Source of the DNA: Candidatus Bathyarchaeota archaeon
GTDB taxonomy: Archaea > Thermoproteota > Bathyarchaeia > 40CM-2-53-6
Direction of reading: 5' to 3'
Assembly: GCA_963733055.1 (NCBI GenBank)
Contig: CAVTBR010000002.1
Span: forward strand, 32,001 to 96,000
Length of the DNA: 64,000 bases
A program made the translations under genes and the position numbers. This document shows, piece after piece, positions 20,920-31,248 of this stretch (positions within the stretch are counted from its first letter, which is position 1; the number at the start of each line of letters is the position of its first letter). The notes beneath the pieces were generated by a model. That model was not told the origin of the DNA and did not search any database. It worked only from the letters and a program-made list of their open reading frames with translations.

Positions 20920-21381
20920 TTAACCGAACTTGTTTATGCTCTCCGAACCCTTGACCTCGGCGGTCCAATGGAATTCCTCGCCTCGATTGACCTTCTCCTG
21001 CTCGTCCTCAGCCGCTTTCACGGCTTCGCTTCCTCCATCTACCCAGGTCGACCAACCCGCAAGCCAGATACACAATGAAACTGCCTCTTGGACTTCCCTG
21101 GGCGTTGCTCCTAGGCGCACGGCTTTTCGAGCGTGGCTTCGGCCCTTTTCACCACGACCAGTTGCCACCTCAATCGCGGTGATGATTAGCTCCTTGTATT
21201 TCTCGGGCACAGCACCCTCGACGCCCTTTGGGGGTAACGTTGCTTTTCGAATCTTGATGAAACCTTCAACGATTTCCGGACTATACTTGTCCATGTGTTC
21301 GAAGACGGGGTGCATTCGTCCGAACTTTTCGAGAATGTACTTCTTCGTCTCTTCGTTCAACGCAGATCGATACCGTATCAA
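20920..21381 (-). CDS. Carboxymuconolactone decarboxylase/AhpD family protein
   Basis: KYKELI..A...HARKAVRLGATPREV pattern; no CxxC. Confidence 0.8.
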   Translation of the reverse strand: MIRYRSALNEETKKYILEKFGRMHPVFEHMDKYSPEIVEGFIKIRKATLPPKGVEGAVPEKYKELIITAIEVATGRGEKGRSHARKAVRLGATPREVQEAVSLCIWLAGWSTWVDGGSEAVKAAEDEQEKVNRGEEFHWTAEVKGSESINKFG

Positions 21382-21479
21382 CGTTCAATAACTTAGGCTT
21401 TCGCAGTAATCGTTTCTATGAACGCATCATATGCGGTGGGCTTAAATAATCTCAGTCAACGCGGACACTGTGAGTCCTT

Positions 21480-22478
21480 ATGGTTTCATTCGAAGCTGCG
21501 ATCAAGGAAGCGAAACTAGCAATCGAACACTGTTATTCAGTCAAGAAAGGGGAGAACGTAGCGATTCTGACCGACCAAGATCATATGGTTGAAGCAAAAG
21601 CCTTGGCCTCCGTAGCTGGGCAAGTGGGGGCAAACGTAGTACTTCTCGACGCCTCTGCCTACGTTCAAGCCGGGATGCTCATCGCGGGCATACCAGAACC
21701 CCCAACCCACATCTCCTCCCTGATGGAGAAGACTCAGGTCTTCATTATCAAAACCGAAATGGATTTCGCACACAGGTTCGCACACACCGAAGCCGCGAGA
21801 ATTGTCGAACGCAACAAGGGAAGAATCGCTTCGGTTGAGGAAGACATGGGCACCTGGGGTATCGAGTACGATTACCTAGTTGAGACAAAGGAACGTACAG
21901 CCAAACTTGGGGCAATCACGGGTAAGGCCGACAGGATTCGGGTAACCTCGGGCAAGGGCACAGATGTGACGTTCTCAATAAAGAACCGCCCAGCCCTTGT
22001 AATCGTGCCGCAACGTGTGCCCGGCGACATAATGTCACCCCTCCCACTATGGGGCGAGGTTGCACATTCGATAATCGAAGATACGGGAAATGGGACCGTG
22101 GTCGCGGACGGCATTGCAAACGCAGTCGCGAACAACGGACTCAAAGAACCAATCACGTACAAGGTCAAGAATGGACGCGCATACGACTATCAAGGAGGCG
22201 ACGAGGCAAAACGATGGGAAGCGATCATAAAGTCCGCGGACGAGAACGCGAATATTCTATGTGAGTTTGCTGTCGGAACAGGCAGGAGGGAACGATGGAA
22301 CACCGTCTCGGAGAAAGGTGCCCTCGGAACCATGCACTTAGCTCTAGGTGAAAATGCTGGACCGTATCCGGGCGGAAAGAGCCACAGCAAAGTGCACTTG
22401 GACGTGACGATTCGATTTCCAACCATCGAAGCCGACGGCAAGGCCATAGTGGAGAAAGGCGTTTTCAAACTAGACTAG
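21480..22478 (+). CDS. M29-like (aminopeptidase T/NicX superfamily) metallo-hydrolase
   Basis: GENVAI, GTDVTF, GEV, EFAVG, HLALG and HLD motifs. Confidence 0.75.
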   Translation: MVSFEAAIKEAKLAIEHCYSVKKGENVAILTDQDHMVEAKALASVAGQVGANVVLLDASAYVQAGMLIAGIPEPPTHISSLMEKTQVFIIKTEMDFAHRFAHTEAARIVERNKGRIASVEEDMGTWGIEYDYLVETKERTAKLGAITGKADRIRVTSGKGTDVTFSIKNRPALVIVPQRVPGDIMSPLPLWGEVAHSIIEDTGNGTVVADGIANAVANNGLKEPITYKVKNGRAYDYQGGDEAKRWEAIIKSADENANILCEFAVGTGRRERWNTVSEKGALGTMHLALGENAGPYPGGKSHSKVHLDVTIRFPTIEADGKAIVEKGVFKLD

Positions 22479-22589
22479 CCACTCACATTTCTTGAGGGCA
22501 ATAGCTTCTTTCGTTAACCACGCGTGGTCGATTCCGCGTTAACGCCACACTTTACTATGCCAAACCGCGTGTCCCATTTGGTGACTTAG

Positions 22590-23537
22590 GTGAAGGTTGA
22601 GGATGTCAGGACGGTTTCCGTGATCGGTGCGGGACTCATGGGACACGGTATCGCCCAAGTGTTTGCCCTAGCCGGATACGATGTCATGCTTAGAGACATT
22701 AAACAAGAAATTCTGGAAACCGCGCTTGACAGAGTCAAAAATAACCTTCAGAAAATGTCAACAGCCGGTCTCGTTCGCGAACAAGACATTACTGGGGTCC
22801 TCTCAAGGTTGAAGACCACGGTGGAAATGGAGAAGGCAGTAGGGAACGCCGATTTCGTTATAGAGGCGGCGACTGAGAATATTGAACTCAAGAAACAGAT
22901 TTTCAAGGAACTTGACAAACTCAGCATTGAGCGAACAATTCTCGCCACGAATACTTCCGGGTTGCCAATAGCTGAGGTTGCAGCGGCGACCAGCCGGCCT
23001 GGGAAGGTTGTTGGGACACACTTCTGGAATCCACCGTACCTACTGCGTGCGGTGGAAGTTGTCAAAGGAGCTGGAACGACTGACGAAACCGTTAACGTGA
23101 CTCGTGACCTGCTCTCGAAGGTGGGGAAGAAACCCGTCGTCGTAAACAAGGACGTCCCCGGCCAGATAGGGATTCGAATCCTTTACGCAATGATCCGAGA
23201 GGCTTCATCTCTGGTAGAGAAAGGGGTAGCTTCGCCTGAGGATATAGACATGGTTGTGAAAGAAGCGCTCGGAACGCGCCTCCCCGTTGTCGGCGTTTTG
23301 GAATTGGCCGACCTGTCCGGTGTCGACCTCGTCCTCATGGTATCAAAACGTTTGTTCAAGGATTTGGACAACGATCCTCAACCATCCGCCTTCCTTGAAA
23401 CCATGGTAGCCCAAGGTAAGACCGGGATCAAGAGTGGAAAAGGATTCTACAACTGGACCCCCGACAGCATCGCCTCCACAATCAAGAAACGGGACGAGCA
23501 CCTTCTGAAGATTCTGCAAGAGAAAAAGGGGTCGTGA
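22590..23537 (+). CDS. 3-hydroxyacyl-CoA dehydrogenase family protein
   Basis: GAGLMG, NTS, HFWNPP and GIKSGKGFY motifs. Confidence 0.9.
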   Translation: MKVEDVRTVSVIGAGLMGHGIAQVFALAGYDVMLRDIKQEILETALDRVKNNLQKMSTAGLVREQDITGVLSRLKTTVEMEKAVGNADFVIEAATENIELKKQIFKELDKLSIERTILATNTSGLPIAEVAAATSRPGKVVGTHFWNPPYLLRAVEVVKGAGTTDETVNVTRDLLSKVGKKPVVVNKDVPGQIGIRILYAMIREASSLVEKGVASPEDIDMVVKEALGTRLPVVGVLELADLSGVDLVLMVSKRLFKDLDNDPQPSAFLETMVAQGKTGIKSGKGFYNWTPDSIASTIKKRDEHLLKILQEKKGS

Positions 23538-23618
23538 ACGAACCCTCGTTTCCATCGCCGAGAAACCCGGACTAACGCTTAATTACGGTCCGAACGTCTT
23601 GAACGCTTCGAACCCCGA

Positions 23619-25052
23619 TTGTATAAGTTATTCATTAACGGAGAAAACGTGGACGCCGGCAACGCAGACTCCTACGAAATCCGCAACCCAGCAAATTCCG
23701 AGCTCGTCGATACGGTTGCGAAGGGGAACGCCAGCGACGCTAAGAAAGCCATCGACGCCGCGCAAGACGCATACGAAAAGTGGTCAGAAGCAGCACCCAC
23801 GCAAGCAACCGGGGTCCTCAGCAAGGCAGCACAGTTAGTTAGAGCGAAGGAACAGGAACTCGCGACTCTCCTAACAAAGGAACAAGGCAAGACCTTACCT
23901 GAATCCCTTGGAGAGATTAGGTTCTTCGCGAAAACCCTTGAATACTATTCTGGAGCGAAGATAACTGGCTCGTACATTACACTGACCGACAAAGTATCAG
24001 CCGAAATCGTGAAAGAACCAGTAGGGGTTGTCGGCGGCATCGTCCCATGGAATAACCCTGTCATGTTGATGGGAGCCAAGGTGGTATCGTCAATCAAATC
24101 GGGTGATGCAATAGTAATCAAACCCGCCAGCACTACTCCCCTCACGACCATCAGGTGTGCGCAGATTCTACTCGAGGCAGGAGTACCCAAAGGTGTGTTC
24201 AACGTCGTCCCAGGACCCGGAGGAATCGTTGGAGAGGAAATTCTTCGAAACCCGAAGGTAAGGAAAGTATCCTTCACAGGCGAGAGCGAGACGGGGAAAC
24301 ATGTGATGGAGGTAGCGGCTCGTGACTTGAAGAGGGTCACGTTAGAACTGGGTGGAAGCAACCCCGTAATTGTGGCGGATGATGCTGACATTGAGGCGGC
24401 TGTCGACAACACCCTGTTCGGCCGCTTCCGCAACTGCGGGCAAGGATGCATGTGCATCAAGCGCGCGTACGTGTTCGAGAAGATCGCGGACCAGTTCACC
24501 AAACAACTGGTCGAGAAGGTTAACGGGATTAAGGTTGGTAACGGGCTTGTTCAGGGCGTGAGCATGGGCCCCATACACTCCGCGTCCCAGCGGGAAGCGT
24601 TCGAAGCACAAGTGAAAGACGGAATCAGTAAAGGGGCTAAGATTCTCACAGGAGGCAAACGGCCAGCGGGTTCCGAGTTTGACAAAGGCTTCTTCTACCT
24701 ACCAACTCTGCTCTAGAACGCCGATCCAACCTCGAAGGTTCTTACGGAGGAAGTGTTCGGACCTGCCCTCCCGATTGCTCGCGTCAAGGATATGGATGAG
24801 GCGGTGAGGCTTGGTAATGATTCGATCTATGGTTTAGGCGCGCACATTTGGACGAGGGACATCCAGAAGGCTCTCAAGGCGTCTAAGAAATTGAAAGCGG
24901 GCACGATACTCGTGAACACCGCATACGGTGCGGGTGGCTGGGAGATCGAGGTCCCTATGGGAGGCTTCAAACAGAGCGGCATCGGCCGCGAATACGGAAT
25001 CGAAGGCATGGGTCAATACCAAGAAACAAAAACAATCGTTTATGGAACCTAA
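23619..25052 (+). CDS. NAD(P)-dependent aldehyde dehydrogenase interrupted by an in-frame TAG at 24714-24716
   Basis: PWN, FTG, LELGG, GQGC ... FYLPTLL*NADPTSKVLTEEVFGP ... GGFKQSGIGRE, all in one frame. Confidence 0.85.
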
Positions 25053-25070
25053 AGAAGAGAGGATTAAGGA

Positions 25071-25955
25071 ATGGTCTTCAAACCCACCGCCTTCTTAGAG
25101 CCCACAACTGTTGATGAAGCGTGTGATCTTCTCTTACAATACGGTAAGCATGCGAGAATCCTGGCGGGCGGGACGGCGATCTACGAGCTAGCGAAAAGAG
25201 GTTTGGCGGATGAAGTCAGACAACTCATCAGCCTCAGAAGTGTTCCCGTCAAGTATGTGCGGCGAGATGAACTGGGCCTACACGTCGGGGCTACCACTAC
25301 TCTGGCAGAGTTGATGGCAGCTCCAGAAGTACTCTCCGACGCTTCGTTGCGGGCGGTGTCCGAGGCTCTTCACGAAATCAGGCCAATGCAGGTTCAGTCG
25401 GTTGCAACCGTAGGAGGTGAAATCTGCACATCACTCCCATTATTGGATTTGCCCCCGGCTCTACTGGCCGTTGATGCGGCTGTTGTGATTCAAGGGACGA
25501 AGGGCCGAAGAACCATTCCCCTCAGCGAATTCTTAGTGGATTTCTTCCTCAACGCGCTGGGGAAAGGGGAGCTTATGGTTGAAGCGCTCATTCCAAAGCA
25601 ACCCGAACGTTCCAACTCAGCATTTCTGAAGTTCGGGCGAACTGCCTACGACTTCAACCTAGTCAACGTTGCATGCCGTCTGGCGTTCGCTCGGAACGGA
25701 TCCTGTTCGGATGCAAGAATCTTCCTTGGAGGTGTTGGCAGAGTGCCCTTACGCGCGGTGAAATCTGAAGAAAAGTTGAAGGGAGAGCGAGTTGACGAGC
25801 AGTCCATTTCCAGAGCCGTTGACTCGCTGGAAAAGTTCAGGGCGATTCCGCAAATTCATGGAGATTCCGAATACAAACGAGACGTAGCCCTCGTACTCAT
25901 GCGCGAATGCCTCAAGCTGGTGGCGGAACCCGCGAAGGTGGCGGTTCATCCATGA
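25071..25955 (+). CDS. Xanthine dehydrogenase-family FAD subunit (CoxM-like)
   Basis: ILAGGT and ATVGG motifs. Confidence 0.88.
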   Translation: MVFKPTAFLEPTTVDEACDLLLQYGKHARILAGGTAIYELAKRGLADEVRQLISLRSVPVKYVRRDELGLHVGATTTLAELMAAPEVLSDASLRAVSEALHEIRPMQVQSVATVGGEICTSLPLLDLPPALLAVDAAVVIQGTKGRRTIPLSEFLVDFFLNALGKGELMVEALIPKQPERSNSAFLKFGRTAYDFNLVNVACRLAFARNGSCSDARIFLGGVGRVPLRAVKSEEKLKGERVDEQSISRAVDSLEKFRAIPQIHGDSEYKRDVALVLMRECLKLVAEPAKVAVHP

Positions 25956-26419
25956 AAGAGACAGTTTCATTGCGAGTGAACGGTAGAGTGCACGAGTTGA
26001 AACTGGGAGCCTACGCGTTGCTGTCTGACGTGATCCGCGAAGACCTCGGAATGAAAGGGACGAAGCGGGGATGCGATTTCGGTGGCTGCGGAGCATGTAC
26101 CGTTCTCTTGGACGGCCAACCAATTTATTCGTGCATGATGCCCGCTCGTCACGCGGAAGGGCATGAGATAACGACGGTTGAGGGACTGGCTGAGGGTGGA
26201 AAACTTTCTCGAGTCCAGGAGTCTTTCGTCAAGAACATGGGTTTCCAGTGTGGGTACTGCACGCCCGGAATAATCATGTCGGCCACGGCCCTGCTCAAAC
26301 GAAATCCACATCCATCAGAGGACGATATCCGCGAGGCATTAGCCGGAAACTTGTGCAGGTGCACTGGGTACACGAGCATTTTCAAATCCATTATGGAAGC
26401 CGCTAAAATGCAGGCCTGA
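25952..26419 (+). CDS. Xanthine dehydrogenase-family 2x[2Fe-2S] subunit (CoxS-like)
   Basis: GCDFGGCGAC, QCGYCTPG and NLCRCTGY motifs; ATGA overlap with the FAD subunit. Confidence 0.92.
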   Translation: MKETVSLRVNGRVHELKLGAYALLSDVIREDLGMKGTKRGCDFGGCGACTVLLDGQPIYSCMMPARHAEGHEITTVEGLAEGGKLSRVQESFVKNMGFQCGYCTPGIIMSATALLKRNPHPSEDDIREALAGNLCRCTGYTSIFKSIMEAAKMQA

Positions 26420-26428
26420 AGGAATTAC

Positions 26429-28816
26429 TTAGTCTACTAGAATTTCTTTCTCCGCAGTCTTCTTTTTGATCGCTTTCAGAATCCGTTCGCCAGTCACAGG
26501 GAGCGACCGAAATCTAATGCCCGTCGAGTTGTAGATTGCGCTGGTTACTGCAGGTGCCGTTGGTGTGATTGGAGCTTCTCCGCATCCCTTGGCGCCAAAG
26601 GGGCCTTCTTCGAAGTGGTTTTCGAGAATTATCGATTGGATTGGCACGTAGTCCATGGAGGTCCAGATTTTGTAGTCTTTGAGGTCGCCGTTGATCACGA
26701 GCCCGTCTTGGATGATGAGTTCCTCTGGAATTGTGGTGCTGACGCCCATGATGATGCCGCCCTCGTTTTGGCCGGAGACGTTCATGGGGTTAATGACCTG
26801 GCCCACATCCAATACACCGATAATATTGAGTAGCTTGATTTGCCCGGTTTCTTTGTTGACGGCAAGGTCGACGACCTGTACGGCTGGTGTGTAGTAGGCG
26901 ACGGCTCGATCGGTGGAACACTGCCCAGTCTCGGGATCGATCTCGCCAGTTTCAGGATACCAAACCGCCCTTGATGCGAACTCTCCGATTCCTTCCACAA
27001 AACCGCCGCCCATGGGGCCAGGCCTGAACAAGTCCTGTACCCTGACCTCTTTGTCAGGTGATGCTTTGCTGTACACCTTACCGTCTGCTAGCTCCAAATT
27101 GTCGACGGGAGAGTTCAGTTTGCGGGACGCGACGTTGAAAATCTGCGCCTTGACTTCCCGACACGCGAGACTAACCGCCTTTCCGAGTTGTGATGTCTGT
27201 CTGCTGCCACTAGCCCCTGGCCCTACGGGGGCGTTTGAGGAATCGGATTCTCGGATGACGATGTTTTCCATGGGGAGCTTGAATTCTTCCGCGGCGATCT
27301 GTGCCAATCCCGTTATGATCCCCTCTCCGGGGTCGGCTACGACTGTGGATATTTCTACTGTGTTGTCTTCGTGGTATTTTGCGTAGGCCATGCTGGGGAA
27401 GCTTATGTCACACATTTCCTGAGCCACAGCGATGCCGCGCCCGAACGCCCAGTTGTTTTCGAGTTTTGGAATTGGAATCTTCTTCGCTTCCTGTTGTGCG
27501 TTTTCTATGCATTCCTGCAGGGTGAATTTCCGCATTCTTTCGCCCATCGCGTTTTTTGCGTCGGTTTTCAACATATTCCCGAGTCGAAGCTCGATTGGGT
27601 CGATCTTGAGTTTGGAGGCGATTATGTCCATTTGAGATTCTATGGCGAAGTGTGTTTGCGGTGTGCCGAAACCTCTGAAAGCACCCCCCTGAACTTGGTT
27701 GGTATAGACTCGGAAAACGTCTAGCTTGAAGTTTGGAATATCGTAGACGCAGACAGATGCGTAGACGCAGTCTCGGACGGCTACGTTGCCGGCGAGTGAG
27801 TATGCGCCTCCATTGTAAATGGCCTCAATCTCCCTCGCTACGATACGCCCATCTGATTTCACACCGTCCTTGATCCTGATGACCGACGGATGCCTAATCG
27901 ATGTGGCTTCGAACACTTCTTCCCGAGTGAAGATGACTTTGACTGGCCTACGAGTTTTCAGGGTTAAACAGGCGCATATGAGCTCCGAGTGAGTCTGGCC
28001 TTTGTTTCCGAACCCTCCGCCCACATACGCTGGGACGATTACTCGGATTCTAGATTGGGGTATCCCTAGGCCGTCGCTAAGCTCCTTCCGGGCGCGGTAA
28101 ACGTTCTGCCCCGCTGTCCATACAACCAGCGTCCCATCTGGTTCGGCTGAGGCGATGGTAGCGATTGGTTCAATGTGCATGTGCTGTACAGCGTGAGTTC
28201 GAAACGTATTCTCCACAATGAGATCGGCTTCTTTGAAACCCTGATCAACGTCCCCCTGCCTCACCTTGAATCGATTGCTCACGTTTGGTCTAGTAGGATC
28301 GAGTGCAGCGCGGTAAATTTGGGATTGAAAACGTTTGTAGTTAGGAAGGTCGGGATGAATTATTACGGACGGGTTTTCCTTCACCGCCTCAACTGGGTCA
28401 AAGATTGGGTCCAATTCTTTGTATCTTACTTCGATTAACTCGGCGGCTTCTCTAGCCAGTTCCCGTGTCTCCGCGGCAACGGCTGCGATTGGTTCCCCAA
28501 CGTATCGGACTCTGCCCTGGGCAAGTGTGGGCGTATCATAGAGGCCCCGCCCTCTTCGCCCGGTGGGGACATCTTCGCTAGTGATTACTGCGAGAACACC
28601 CGGTAGAGCCTTAGCTCGGGATTTGTCGATGGATATGATTTCTGCGTGAGGAAGATTGCTGCGTTTAATCGCGCCGTGCAACATTCGCGGTAATTCCATG
28701 TCGTAAACGTAAATGGCGCTCCCTGTGACTACCTCCTCAGCCCCTAAGCGGGGTAGCGGTTTTCCGATCGCCCTGTACTTGTCTGAAGGCTCTTCGTTCG
28801 CCATTGTAAACTGCAA
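26429..28816 (-). CDS. Xanthine dehydrogenase-family molybdopterin subunit
   Basis: VGGGFG, AFRGFG and GAKGCGE motifs. Confidence 0.92.
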   Translation of the reverse strand: MQFTMANEEPSDKYRAIGKPLPRLGAEEVVTGSAIYVYDMELPRMLHGAIKRSNLPHAEIISIDKSRAKALPGVLAVITSEDVPTGRRGRGLYDTPTLAQGRVRYVGEPIAAVAAETRELAREAAELIEVRYKELDPIFDPVEAVKENPSVIIHPDLPNYKRFQSQIYRAALDPTRPNVSNRFKVRQGDVDQGFKEADLIVENTFRTHAVQHMHIEPIATIASAEPDGTLVVWTAGQNVYRARKELSDGLGIPQSRIRVIVPAYVGGGFGNKGQTHSELICACLTLKTRRPVKVIFTREEVFEATSIRHPSVIRIKDGVKSDGRIVAREIEAIYNGGAYSLAGNVAVRDCVYASVCVYDIPNFKLDVFRVYTNQVQGGAFRGFGTPQTHFAIESQMDIIASKLKIDPIELRLGNMLKTDAKNAMGERMRKFTLQECIENAQQEAKKIPIPKLENNWAFGRGIAVAQEMCDISFPSMAYAKYHEDNTVEISTVVADPGEGIITGLAQIAAEEFKLPMENIVIRESDSSNAPVGPGASGSRQTSQLGKAVSLACREVKAQIFNVASRKLNSPVDNLELADGKVYSKASPDKEVRVQDLFRPGPMGGGFVEGIGEFASRAVWYPETGEIDPETGQCSTDRAVAYYTPAVQVVDLAVNKETGQIKLLNIIGVLDVGQVINPMNVSGQNEGGIIMGVSTTIPEELIIQDGLVINGDLKDYKIWTSMDYVPIQSIILENHFEEGPFGAKGCGEAPITPTAPAVTSAIYNSTGIRFRSLPVTGERILKAIKKKTAEKEILVD

Positions 28817-28881
28817 GGGTTGGCGAGATTCGTCTTTAATCTTTATCTACGCGCTAGCGAGCCAAAGACCCTTGGTACTAA

Positions 28882-29280
28882 ATGACCGGAAAGTGCGGTC
28901 GATCAATTCAAGCCTTATCAAAATTCATCGGACCATCGAACGAGACCAAGGCAATTCTCGACGATTGGAATTCAGTCATCCAATTCGACTTGATCGAAGA
29001 AGACCCATTCTATCTCCAAATATCAAACGCTGCCGCAACCTTCCACAACGGCAAGAACGAGAACCCGGATGTTGTATTATCGGGCCGATCAGACGCGTTC
29101 TTCGACGTCATAACCGGAAGACTCGACCCAGATGAAGCATACGTTATGAAGAAGTACGACGTGAAAGGATCGGTCGTTGATGCGATGAAGTTCCGACGAA
29201 TCAGCGAACTAACCGAGGCTAAACACAAGACCGCATTCTCACTGTTGAAGACGGTCGGAAAAATCGCGGTCAGAAAGTAA
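28882..29280 (+). CDS. SCP2 sterol-binding domain protein
   Basis: IQF, PDVVL, LDPDEAY...KGSVVDAMKF pattern. Confidence 0.8.
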   Translation: MTGKCGRSIQALSKFIGPSNETKAILDDWNSVIQFDLIEEDPFYLQISNAAATFHNGKNENPDVVLSGRSDAFFDVITGRLDPDEAYVMKKYDVKGSVVDAMKFRRISELTEAKHKTAFSLLKTVGKIAVRK

Positions 29281-29567
29281 AATCGAACTTCCTCAAACAT
29301 GACCCCTCGAGAAAGCCGCCACTCCGATTCTTTCACGTATGCACATTCTCTATAATTACATCGGCCGCATCTGGCCTCAGAAGAAGGACACCCGCAGAAG
29401 CGGCAGGAATCAAGTTTCAGGGCCACAACAAGTGGTTGCCTCTGAATCAGAACGCCAACGCAAAGAAAGGGTTTGAGGAACAGCGTTGTTCCGACCTAAC
29501 CGCTGTTACGGATTTCTAGTGAACTCTTATTAGGATTAGAAACCGTTGGTTGCACGTGGGCTAATTC

Positions 29568-30371
29568 ATGGGTCGCGGCCCAGTTGGGGTCATCTTAGTT
29601 GTATTCGTGTTCGTGTCTCTTCTTCTCTATCAAGCTCATCCCGTTCACGCCTCAGGTTTCGTTCAGGAGAAGGAGGGTACCTCATTTACGTTCGGTGTTT
29701 CTGTGCCTGTAATGATTTCTTTCTCATCGTCTGTTACTAAGGGAGATGTGGTGGTTGTGGCTCTTGAATGGGATAACAGTCGTCCTCTGCTTTCAGTTAG
29801 TGATTCGTTAGGTTCCGCCTTTGCTTCCACCTCGGAAGCTCACAATACTGCGCTTCGCCATTCTACTCAAGTCTATTATGCGACACTTACTTCTGGCGGG
29901 TCGGATACGGTGACGGTGACTGAGGGAACAGGTCTGCTTCAGTATAATGACATATTCATCTTTGAGGTTTCAGGGGTGATGACGGCGGGAGCCGCATCAG
30001 GTCAAGGTCAGGATTCTTCTGGCACTAGTTTTGCGTTTGCCACGAGTCCAGTCGCGTTCCAGAGCGGAGCGTTTCTGGTTGGAGTGGTCACGAGCGGGTG
30101 TACTTGCAGTATTGTGAATGGACCGAGTTTCACTTTGATTACTGCTGGTCAGGGTGGAGCAGTGGAGTATGCGGACCCCGTTTCTTCACCCACTACATTC
30201 CCAATGACAACTACCATTGATAATGGAGATTGGGTGGAAAGCGGGTTAGCTCTTCAACCAGCACCAGCACCACCGATTCCAGAATATCCGTTCGGCCTCG
30301 CGATGCTAGCAATCCTAATGATAATCATGTACGGGCTAATCAAACGCACAACCGCAAAGAAGCCCAACTAG
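29568..30371 (+). CDS. Secreted surface protein with PEF-CTERM-like (PEYP) sorting signal
   Basis: Signal peptide; C-terminal PIPEYP, TM helix and basic tail. Confidence 0.8.
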   Translation: MGRGPVGVILVVFVFVSLLLYQAHPVHASGFVQEKEGTSFTFGVSVPVMISFSSSVTKGDVVVVALEWDNSRPLLSVSDSLGSAFASTSEAHNTALRHSTQVYYATLTSGGSDTVTVTEGTGLLQYNDIFIFEVSGVMTAGAASGQGQDSSGTSFAFATSPVAFQSGAFLVGVVTSGCTCSIVNGPSFTLITAGQGGAVEYADPVSSPTTFPMTTTIDNGDWVESGLALQPAPAPPIPEYPFGLAMLAILMIIMYGLIKRTTAKKPN

Positions 30372-30389
30372 ATCGCATCGACCGAGAGT

Positions 30390-30560
30390 AACGCCCGATT
30401 TCCTTTTTCAAATATGCAAATCTTCCACAACTACGTACGACTACACCAAGCATTAAACGGTAAAAGCCCGGCTGAGGTCGTGGGAAACGGGATTCGAGGT
30501 GAGAATGAATGGTTGACTCTGATTCAGAACGCCAGCAAAAGGCGTGAAGAGAAAGCATAA
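30390..30560 (+). pseudogene. Transposase 3' relic (D)
   Basis: MQIFHNYVRLHQALNGKSPAEVVGNGIRGENEWLTLIQNASKRREEKA*. Confidence 0.9.
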
Positions 30561-31248
30561 GAATCAACCCAAGGGTTGTCCACCTTTGGGCCTGGTGGGT
30601 TTGGCTTCAAGGCGACTGACCGCGTTATTGTTAGCTCTTGTCGCATTCGCCCTTTTCATTAATGTGCCTCTTCCTACTTTCGCAATTGCGTTGAGCCCAA
30701 ATCAGTCCTGCACCGTCACTCTGTCAACATCTGGGGATATAACGGTCGTAGCAGGTTCATCTGGTTCCAATACCATAACCATAACTCTCTCCCAAGGTTC
30801 CTGTGGTGGCCCTCTTGACTTAGCAGGGTGCACCCCGCCGCCGCCGAGCGGAGCGTCATGTGGTTTCGTTCCATCCTCTGGGAACCCTACCTTTTCGACC
30901 ATCCTCACCATAAGCACTTCACCCTCAACTCCACCGGGAACTTACTCTCTTGACATTTCACTCAGTGTCGCTCAGTGCAATTGTGAGCTTACCCAGTTAG
31001 ATGGTACTAATGCTCCATTCAATCTAATCGTCCAACCAGCTACTACTGCGACAACTACTATCCCCGAATATCCACTCGGCCTGCCAATTCTCGCAATCTT
31101 CATGATACTCGGATATGCCGTAATCAAACGCAGAACACATCTTGGTAATGTGAAGGCGTTGAAAGGAAAACACAGGGGACTCCTGAAGGAACCGTGGTCA
31201 AAACTTGAGGAGAAAGCAGACCGCTACGTCCGAGAAGGAAAGCGCTGA
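30544..31248 (+). CDS. Secreted Ser/Thr/Cys-rich protein with PEYP sorting signal, fused to a probable antitoxin C-terminal remnant
   Basis: TIPEYP plus TM plus IKRR, followed by an extra helical tail that abuts the PIN gene. Confidence 0.7.
   Translation: MKRKHKNQPKGCPPLGLVGLASRRLTALLLALVAFALFINVPLPTFAIALSPNQSCTVTLSTSGDITVVAGSSGSNTITITLSQGSCGGPLDLAGCTPPPPSGASCGFVPSSGNPTFSTILTISTSPSTPPGTYSLDISLSVAQCNCELTQLDGTNAPFNLIVQPATTATTTIPEYPLGLPILAIFMILGYAVIKRRTHLGNVKALKGKHRGLLKEPWSKLEEKADRYVREGKR

Noticed and set aside
21480-22478. NicX 2,5-dihydroxypyridine dioxygenase
   Set aside because: Same superfamily, but the motifs (GEV, EFAVG, HLALG) look like the hydrolase branch.
26429-28816. Aerobic CO dehydrogenase CoxL
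   Set aside because: The active-site loop reads AFRGFG, not AYxCSFR, so it is a generic XDH-family hydroxylase.
29010-29426. Cys-rich minus-strand ORF
   Set aside because: Two thirds of it lies antisense to the SCP2 gene, so it is probably a shadow ORF.
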